From positions 30,001-62,000 of the forward strand of contig NZ_CP013213.1 in NCBI RefSeq assembly GCF_001545095.1: 32,000 nucleotides of DNA. Direction: 5' to 3'. The notes under the pieces are model-generated. The model was not told where the DNA came from and made no database searches. It was given only the letters and a program-made list of their open reading frames with translations. Shown here piece after piece: positions 25,824-32,000 of this stretch. Numbering within the stretch: position 1 is the stretch's first letter; each line of letters starts with the position of its first letter. The DNA is from Erysipelothrix larvae (GTDB taxonomy: Bacteria > Bacillota_I > Bacilli_A > Erysipelotrichales > Erysipelotrichaceae). The translations under genes were made by a program, and so were the position numbers.

Positions 25824-26429
25824 ATGAAAAAAACAATTGCTCAAGAAGTTGTCACAGAATTATATTTTCAAAAGTCTCAGTTTATAACATATCTAACTCC
25901 GATTCAATCAGAAACAGAAGCAAAAGAAGTGATAAAGCGTATAAAAAAGGAACATCCAAAAGCGACGCATCATTGTGTCGCGTATGTAGTCGAAGATATC
26001 GAGCGATCAAACGATGATGGAGAGCCTGCTTCAAGTGCAGGGCTACCAATGCTTCAGGTATTACGTGGCAATGACCTAGACTATGTACTTGCGGTTGTTG
26101 TGCGCTATTTTGGGGGAACACTCCTTGGTGTTGGAGGTTTAATACGTGCTTATGGGAGCAGTGTTAAGCACGCCATTGACACTGCACAAATCTTAATCCC
26201 TCAAGAAGTCACAACTGTAAACTTAAGGTTTCCTTACGAATATATTAATGCAGTTGAGACTTTTTTGTCAGAAAATGCAGAAATTATCGATCGAAACTAT
26301 GAAACACTGGCGATTTATGATATAAAAACAAAGAACCCTGAACAGTTGAATGGACTTATTGATATCACTCGGGGTAAAATAACAATACAGATCGTAACAA
26401 AGAAGATCGAGTACAGTAAGGAGGGGTAA
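25824..26429 (+). CDS. yigZ: YigZ/IMPACT family protein (UPF0029)
   Basis: KSQFITYL...HPKATHHCVAYVV...NDDGEPASSAGLPMLQVL...VVVRYFGGTLLGVGGLIRAYG. Start set at ATG 25824, after AGGAGGA; the ORF-track N-terminus 25626-25823 is antisense to degV. Confidence 0.9.
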   Translation: MKKTIAQEVVTELYFQKSQFITYLTPIQSETEAKEVIKRIKKEHPKATHHCVAYVVEDIERSNDDGEPASSAGLPMLQVLRGNDLDYVLAVVVRYFGGTLLGVGGLIRAYGSSVKHAIDTAQILIPQEVTTVNLRFPYEYINAVETFLSENAEIIDRNYETLAIYDIKTKNPEQLNGLIDITRGKITIQIVTKKIEYSKEG

Positions 26430-26431
26430 CG

Positions 26432-26845
26432 ATGCAAAATAAAAAAGAACTGCATGATTCAAAGATTCGATTTACAAAACCACGAGACGAAATACTTACC
26501 GTATTAAAAGAAGCAAAAACGCCAATTTCTTTACAAGATATTCGGTGTAAGATTGATGAATCAATAGATTTGTCAACAATCTATCGAACCTTGGATTTAT
26601 TTGAGAAACACGGCATCGTCCACAAGATTGTATACCTTGAGACGGGAACGAGCGTCTACGAATATGATCGACATCTTCATGTGCACCACCTTATTTGTAT
26701 CGAATGTCGAAAAATTGTCAATGTTGAAGAGTGTCCTTTAGGGGATTATGAAAACAGAATCGCTTTAGAAACAGGGTATCAGATTGTTAGGCATCAACTA
26801 GAACTCTATGGGATTTGCCCAGAATGTAGAAAGAGTGCGACATAA
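26432..26845 (+). CDS. Fur family transcriptional regulator (Fur/Zur/PerR type not resolved)
   Basis: RFTKPRDEIL..L, winged-helix STIYRTLDLFEKHGIV, HHLICIEC and CPEC metal-site motifs. Its ATG lies 2 nt after the yigZ stop. Confidence 0.85.
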   Translation: MQNKKELHDSKIRFTKPRDEILTVLKEAKTPISLQDIRCKIDESIDLSTIYRTLDLFEKHGIVHKIVYLETGTSVYEYDRHLHVHHLICIECRKIVNVEECPLGDYENRIALETGYQIVRHQLELYGICPECRKSAT

Positions 26846-26857
26846 TCACTCTTTTTT
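26831..26857 (+). terminator. Weak candidate terminator overlapping the fur stop
   Basis: AAGAGTG-9 nt-CACTCTT followed by a T-run. The stem is only 7 bp and AT-rich. Confidence 0.35.
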
Positions 26858-26899
26858 ATATATTTCAAATCGGGGGAGATGGGATAGGAACCAAGTTAT

Positions 26900-28102
26900 A
26901 TGATTACATTAGTATCAAAAGAAAAACAGATCATTTATATGAATGCTTTATTTACGTTTGCCATGTCGATGGGAAATGTTTTTGTGAATGTTTTTGTGTA
27001 TTCCTACACACAATCACTTGAACTAACCTTATTATATGCATGCATTCGTTACTTCTTCATACCGATCTTCTCATTGATTGGTGGAAGAATGAGTACAAAA
27101 CATGATCTGACACGAATCTTATCGATCGGGCTCGTTTTTATGACCGGTGCTTTTTTATACTTACTGTGGATTCAGGATGGGATTGCCGAGGCAGTTTGGA
27201 AAGCATTTATTGTCGCCGGACTTACGGGTTGTGGTGAAGGATTATTTTGGTATGCAATGAACGTTATGAATCAAAAAACACCACGCATCGAAGCGCGCAG
27301 TCTTTTCCTAAGCAACATGGGGTTATTAAATGGGATTGCAAATATTTTTGCACCCGTTGTAACAGCTGTGATACTTGGAAATGTTGAGACCGATATGTTT
27401 GGATATAGCATGATCTTTACCCTGGTTATTGTGTTATTTATAGTGGTCGCTTATATGAGTTTAAGACTTTCATATGTATACCGAACACCAAGTTTTCCAT
27501 TCTTAGAATTGTTTAAAAAGGGAAGTGAAAAATGGGAATATCAAAAGAAAACAGCAGTTCTCCATAGCCTCAGGGAATGTTATACAATGGCGTTGAGTGG
27601 ATTGCTTGTATTTAGGATGTTGAATAATTCTGGAGAGATATTGAGTTACTACAATGCACTGATATCATCCATTGTGATTGCGAGTTATTGGGTTGTGGGA
27701 CGAAAGGTCCGACATGCGATGATTATAAACGCTCTCTATATTGGATCCTTTGGTTTACTTGCTTCAATGCTTATCTTATCATTCTCTCAAGGGGCGTTAA
27801 TGGCTTTGTTATTTGGAATTATTAACGCAATATCAACACCCCTTTACTTTAATGGATTTCAAATGATCCGAATGAGGGTATTTACGGAAGAGGCGAAAGA
27901 TGGTAATATAACGGGACATATTATTGCCTCAGAGTTTTTAATGAATATTGGTCGAATCTTGGGACTGGGAACAATTGTGATCCTTGCTCGAAGTTTTCCT
28001 GACCCAGCATATATTCAATTAGGAACAATCTTTATGGCCTTGGGAGGCATTGGTGTTGTGATCTTAACGTATCGCATGTCCAAAAAATACGAACTAGTAT
28101 AG
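26900..28102 (+). CDS. MFS-type transporter (about 12 TM segments), substrate unknown
   Basis: 400 aa. It is hydrophobic throughout, with about 6+6 helices separated by a charged central loop (KKGSEKWEYQKK). I recognise no subfamily. The start is uncertain because the SD is weak. Confidence 0.65.
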   Translation: MITLVSKEKQIIYMNALFTFAMSMGNVFVNVFVYSYTQSLELTLLYACIRYFFIPIFSLIGGRMSTKHDLTRILSIGLVFMTGAFLYLLWIQDGIAEAVWKAFIVAGLTGCGEGLFWYAMNVMNQKTPRIEARSLFLSNMGLLNGIANIFAPVVTAVILGNVETDMFGYSMIFTLVIVLFIVVAYMSLRLSYVYRTPSFPFLELFKKGSEKWEYQKKTAVLHSLRECYTMALSGLLVFRMLNNSGEILSYYNALISSIVIASYWVVGRKVRHAMIINALYIGSFGLLASMLILSFSQGALMALLFGIINAISTPLYFNGFQMIRMRVFTEEAKDGNITGHIIASEFLMNIGRILGLGTIVILARSFPDPAYIQLGTIFMALGGIGVVILTYRMSKKYELV

Positions 28103-28114
28103 GAGGAGATCGTA

Positions 28115-29230
28115 TTGAACCCAAATCAAAACACAAGTAGTGCAACGAAAACAGTTTATATCGCGATTGTTGCGAATGGACTCTTAGCGGGATTTAAGTT
28201 TGGTATCGGCGTAATTTCAGGAAGTATTTCTCTGATTGCAGATGCCATCAACAATTTATCAGATTTTCTAACAACTTTTGTTATGTTGATTGGCATTAAA
28301 ATTTCTTCAAAACCTGCCGATGAAGAACATCCGTATGGTCATGAACGGTTTGAAATGATTGGTGGGCTCATTGTATCGATAATCCTAATGTATGCAGGAA
28401 TTGATGTCTTAACCAGTGCAATTGATCAACTTCGAAACCCTACTTTAGAATCCATTCATATTGCCATGTGGATTGTTACAATTATATCGTTAGTTGTGAA
28501 GTTTTCGATGATGGTAATGTATCGTAAATCCGCGAAGCAAAACGGATCTGAGCTTTTAGAAGCAGGTGAAGTAGACAGTCGAAACGACGTGATTATTGCG
28601 ATCGCTTTACTCATCGGTTTTTTCGTGCAAACTCAATACAACATTGTAATTGATGGATACTTAGGATTGATTATTTCACTGCTAATACTACTAGGTGCCT
28701 TTGGACTTATGCGTGACGCAGTCACAGTACTTATGGGAAAAAGACCATCGCAAAAAGATATTGATGCAGTTGTGAAGATATTAAAAGAGCATGAGGATAT
28801 TGCTGGATACCATGATTTATTGATTCATACATACGGTAAATTACATAAATTTGGCAGTGTCCATATTGAGCTCGATGGGTCTATGACACTCAATAAAGCC
28901 CACGAAATCGCAGATAAAATTGAACGAGAAATAGACGAAATGTGCAGTTTTGAGATTGTGATTCATCTGGATCCCATCGACTATTATGATGCCAAATCAA
29001 ATCACGTTCGACTTCGTATATCGAAGACGTTAAAAAACATTCCTGAGATCGAATCCTATCATGATTTTAGAGTGATTGATGGTATTGTTGAGTTTGATGT
29101 GGTACTCAAAGAAGATTGTGAAGCATCAAATGAAGCAATCGAAAAAGAAATTCGAGAAGCGCTCAGTTTTGTTGAGCAACCCATTGAAGTAAACGTAGAT
29201 CGAAATTATCTCTTACGAAATCATAAATAG
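28115..29230 (+). CDS. Cation diffusion facilitator (CDF) exporter with a Mn-type ND-DD metal site
   Basis: TTG start 6 nt after AGGAGGAG. TM2 signature SLIADAINNLSD, HPYGHERFE, and TM5 DSRND. Six TM helices are followed by a cytoplasmic domain region of about 160 aa. Confidence 0.85.
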   Translation: MNPNQNTSSATKTVYIAIVANGLLAGFKFGIGVISGSISLIADAINNLSDFLTTFVMLIGIKISSKPADEEHPYGHERFEMIGGLIVSIILMYAGIDVLTSAIDQLRNPTLESIHIAMWIVTIISLVVKFSMMVMYRKSAKQNGSELLEAGEVDSRNDVIIAIALLIGFFVQTQYNIVIDGYLGLIISLLILLGAFGLMRDAVTVLMGKRPSQKDIDAVVKILKEHEDIAGYHDLLIHTYGKLHKFGSVHIELDGSMTLNKAHEIADKIEREIDEMCSFEIVIHLDPIDYYDAKSNHVRLRISKTLKNIPEIESYHDFRVIDGIVEFDVVLKEDCEASNEAIEKEIREALSFVEQPIEVNVDRNYLLRNHK

Positions 29231-29231
29231 A

Positions 29232-30275
29232 TTATATTTTTGAAATGGATTCATTAATACATCCTACAAGGATTTTTTGAGTAATCCGTTGAACAAAGAA
29301 AATTTGAATGATACTAACAAAAATAGACTTGATGATCGCACCGCTAAAACTAAACGAAAACAATAATGATGCGAGGTAAATAATACTTACTGAAGCGCTG
29401 TAGCTGATCAACAAGGAAAACATATGAACACAAAAAGACTCTATTTGAAAAATTAAGAATAGGTCTTTTTTTGGAAGTCCGTAGAGAAAGTATAAGACTA
29501 TTTCGCGTTGTCTTTTTGTTATTGATAGAATTGTCATGGACTTTATATTAAAAGAAGCAACAATAAATACAAGAATTCCCACAGCAAATAACATGCTAAA
29601 TAGGATATTAACGAGTGAATTCAAAGCGTCTTCAATATCAAATGTTAGAATATCAAATTGAATATGAGGGTTATCAACGGATTGTTTCAAAGCCAGATCG
29701 AGTTCAACTTCATCGAGATTACTGTCTACAATCTTAAAACTGGTGGCTTGGGTTTTAAAATGAATGTCACTATCCATTGGCAATATGAGTGGACTCGGGT
29801 CATCAAAATCACTGTGTATTGATGAAATGCGGTAATATTGACCTTGTATCAAAAGTGGATCTCCGATGTTGAGGTCATGCGTTTCCGCAAAATACTCGCT
29901 CATTGATAGCGAAGCATCACAACAAGAAATTGAAAAAGCAGTCTGCAATTGAGTAGAGCCAATTTGAACTGTGATCTCAGGGTCTTGCATATCTACTTGA
30001 ATTGTATAGCCAGACACTTGATTGAACTGTGTTATATAATTGGGTGTAAAGACTTTATGTGTTATATCAAGTACATGAGTCCCAGCATCAATTGACGCAG
30101 AGATAAAGAATTCTTTTGGAAACATGTCAGAAATATGATGATTCAGTGAATCGTTGAGAATTAAGATAAAAAAGATAAGCACAGATGTGATGGCATAGAA
30201 AAAGATTGTTGAAGACAGCTGACGCACATTCGAGATAATGATGAACTTAAGGAGCTTTATCTTTGTGAGTATCAT
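29232..30275 (-). CDS. ABC transporter permease, FtsX/MacB type (4 TM with a large extracytoplasmic domain)
   Basis: TM1 (STIFFYAITSVLIFFILIL), then ~170 hydrophilic residues, then three C-terminal TMs containing ITKRQREIVLYFLYGLPKKDL (FtsX-domain-like). The start overlaps the ATPase gene end by 29 nt. Confidence 0.72.
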   Translation of the reverse strand: MILTKIKLLKFIIISNVRQLSSTIFFYAITSVLIFFILILNDSLNHHISDMFPKEFFISASIDAGTHVLDITHKVFTPNYITQFNQVSGYTIQVDMQDPEITVQIGSTQLQTAFSISCCDASLSMSEYFAETHDLNIGDPLLIQGQYYRISSIHSDFDDPSPLILPMDSDIHFKTQATSFKIVDSNLDEVELDLALKQSVDNPHIQFDILTFDIEDALNSLVNILFSMLFAVGILVFIVASFNIKSMTILSITKRQREIVLYFLYGLPKKDLFLIFQIESFCVHMFSLLISYSASVSIIYLASLLFSFSFSGAIIKSIFVSIIQIFFVQRITQKILVGCINESISKI

Positions 30276-30918
30276 GGAGTTTACCTGAGTGGATATATAA
30301 AATACGCGTACAGTAAGGCTGTGTTTCGAGATCGTGAGTCGCTATGATACAGGGTATTTTAAGTGATTTTATGAGAGATAAGATTTCTGATTTTGTCGAT
30401 TGATCCAAAGCACCAGTAGGCTCATCTGCGATGATAAACTGTGGAGACTTCAATAAAGTTCGCGCAATCGCAACACGTTGTTGTTGACCGCCACTTAATT
30501 GATGCGGGTATTTATCCAACATATTTTGAGAGAGTGACACACGAAAAAAGGCACGATTAATTGATCGTTTGATGTGTTTTTTTGGAATCTTGCTTAAAAT
30601 GCAGACCCATTCAAGATTTTCCTTAACCGTCTTATCAGAAATGAGTTTAAAATCTTGGAATATAAATCCAATTTTCTCTCGTCGAATTGTTGTAATCATC
30701 GCATGATTTTCAACATCAATTTTTGAACCATCAAAATGAAGTTCACCTTCATAATCGAAATCGAATAAGCCAAGAATGCGAAGTAAGGTGCTTTTTCCAG
30801 AACCACTTGCACCATAAAGCCCAATTAAATCGTCTGCACTAATCTCTAAATCAAGACCATCAAGTGTCGGTAACGGTTCAGTTGGATATTGCTTTGTGAT
30901 ATTTCTAAGTTTAATCAT
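30247..30918 (-). CDS. ABC transporter ATP-binding protein (MacB/LolD-like)
   Basis: Walker A GASGSGKST, Q-loop FIFQDF, signature LSGGQQQRVAIAR and Walker B FIIADEPTGALD. I prefer ATG 30918 (MIKLRNITKQY), after GAGG. Confidence 0.92.
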   Translation of the reverse strand: MIKLRNITKQYPTEPLPTLDGLDLEISADDLIGLYGASGSGKSTLLRILGLFDFDYEGELHFDGSKIDVENHAMITTIRREKIGFIFQDFKLISDKTVKENLEWVCILSKIPKKHIKRSINRAFFRVSLSQNMLDKYPHQLSGGQQQRVAIARTLLKSPQFIIADEPTGALDQSTKSEILSLIKSLKIPCIIATHDLETQPYCTRILYIHSGKLHDTHKDKAP

Positions 30919-31999
30919 TGGATACCTCATATAAGATTAAGCCATCACTTAATCGGGTTGTTATATCATAGGTTTGAGTTTCTTCATTGTAGGTCCCTTT
31001 CACCGCTACTTTCCCTTCTATAGTTTCAACATAAATGGCATCCTCTTCAAGTAATACAAAGGAATTAGGAATTGAAATAATGGGTTGTGGAACCGTCAGT
31101 ATGACAGATTGTGGGATGAGTTTACTTTCTTTGATGTCGAAGATAAGAAGATATTGATTAATGTCTTGATAGGACCCTGAGTTATGCTCATATTGATAAT
31201 CAATACTTTTAAGTTTAATACTCCCCAAAGGATTGCCGTTCATTGATTCAATTTCATAGGATTCCTTTAATCTGAAATTGTGCATATCCGTCTCTGGTAT
31301 GATTACTTTGCATTCATAGGCGTGACTTATAAACAAAAAAACTGTCTCACGTATTTCAACACGTCCATCCATTGATGCTTTAACATCCCTTCCATAGGCA
31401 TCGCGATATAAAACAGTACCACGACTTACATTTTGAGATTCCTTAATTCTTAATGTGATTTCATCAAGGTTACTCGACTTAATGACAACAGGTTCCAATT
31501 TTCCAAAATAGGATGATTGAGTAATTGAAATTACAAACTCAGCGGGACCACTTGTTTTTGAACAACTACTCAACAACATAAGGCTGATTATAAGTAAAGG
31601 TCTCAACCTAAACGTTAAATCGAGTGCACGACACCACCTGATAAGTAAAACAATCAATACGATTGCAGATACGAAAAGATACATCAGTGAGAGTGAGCTT
31701 TGAGTTTGGTGGATGCCTTTCATCAAACCATACATTAGAATATACGTTGAGACTAGATAATTAATACCAAGTTCTGCCCCTTTTCGGATGAGTGTAAAAG
31801 CGTAATAGCTGTGTTTGAATTGAAATGAGTAATAAAACAACATGTCAAACTCAAAAACTATCAATATCAAGCAGAGGATAAGAACAATGATATGATCAAG
31901 GGGAGTGCGATACACTAAAAATGATATCAATGACAACACACCCAGAAGTAGTAAGTGATGTTTGAGGGTTTTTAGTATTTCATGAGGTAAAAAGTTCAT
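30911..31999 (-). CDS. Membrane protein: N-terminal ~130-aa polytopic domain fused to a periplasmic-adaptor (HlyD/MFP)-like domain; the 5' end may lie off-window
   Basis: The ORF reaches within 1 nt of the window end. The N-terminus has 4 hydrophobic helices, followed by RPLLIISLMLLSS|C (lipobox-like). After that come ...ITLRIKESQNVSRGTVLY-RDAYGRD-VKASMDGRVEI, which resembles the two halves of a lipoyl-type MFP domain, and a beta-rich C-terminus. Its stop overlaps the ATPase start by 8 nt. Confidence 0.5.
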   Translation of the reverse strand: MNFLPHEILKTLKHHLLLLGVLSLISFLVYRTPLDHIIVLILCLILIVFEFDMLFYYSFQFKHSYYAFTLIRKGAELGINYLVSTYILMYGLMKGIHQTQSSLSLMYLFVSAIVLIVLLIRWCRALDLTFRLRPLLIISLMLLSSCSKTSGPAEFVISITQSSYFGKLEPVVIKSSNLDEITLRIKESQNVSRGTVLYRDAYGRDVKASMDGRVEIRETVFLFISHAYECKVIIPETDMHNFRLKESYEIESMNGNPLGSIKLKSIDYQYEHNSGSYQDINQYLLIFDIKESKLIPQSVILTVPQPIISIPNSFVLLEEDAIYVETIEGKVAVKGTYNEETQTYDITTRLSDGLILYEVSND

Positions 32000-32000
32000 T

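Noticed and set aside
1-32000. Search for CRISPR arrays, tRNA/rRNA genes, IS elements, integrases, phage genes and long direct repeats
   Set aside because: None were seen. All intergenic gaps are about 240 bp or shorter and are accounted for by promoters or terminators. No transposase, integrase or recombinase-like ORF appears in any frame. My by-eye repeat detection is limited, and a self-dotplot would be the decisive check.

Overview
This is an AT-rich, tightly packed chromosomal window with about 34 protein genes and the standard genetic code. I see no rRNA, tRNA, CRISPR, IS or phage genes. It comes from a low-GC Gram-positive bacterium (Bacillota): gene order mirrors the B. subtilis yabD-yabE-rnmV-ksgA...ispE...glmU-prs block. 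Finer taxonomy cannot be decided by eye.

Layout:
- 1-0.9 kb, minus strand: partial rarA (absent from the ORF track) and a small membrane protein.
- 1.0-13.7 kb, plus strand: dtd-folD-DUF951-ychF, mnmE-tatD, an msrB-like gene plus queT, a 3D-domain lipoprotein, an NTF2-like gene, an orphan PTS-EIIB-like gene, then rnmV-rsmA-ispE-glmU-prs-nudix.
- 13.8-19.3 kb, minus strand: addB-addA.
- 19.4-22.1 kb: exoA and a DEAD-box helicase.
- 22.2-32 kb: small accessory modules. These are TetR plus a membrane-anchored alpha/beta hydrolase, two tandem DegV genes, yigZ-fur, an MFS gene plus a CDF exporter with a Mn-type (ND-DD) metal site, and a minus-strand MacB/YknXYZ-like ABC efflux operon running to the window edge.

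Bottom line: this is mostly ordinary housekeeping DNA. I find no convincing new multi-gene system, meaning no defence, toxin-antitoxin, mobile or biosynthetic island. The observations most worth a second look are:
- the ABC operon, whose first gene fuses a polytopic membrane domain to a hairpin-less adaptor through an internal lipobox;
- a stripped-down AddB with no P-loop and no Fe-S cysteines;
- an MsrB with an in-frame internal deletion;
- a CDF exporter with an apparently duplicated cytoplasmic domain;
- a textbook TetR promoter/operator;
- two small insertions into otherwise conserved synteny.

All product calls come from motif recognition by eye, not from database searches.
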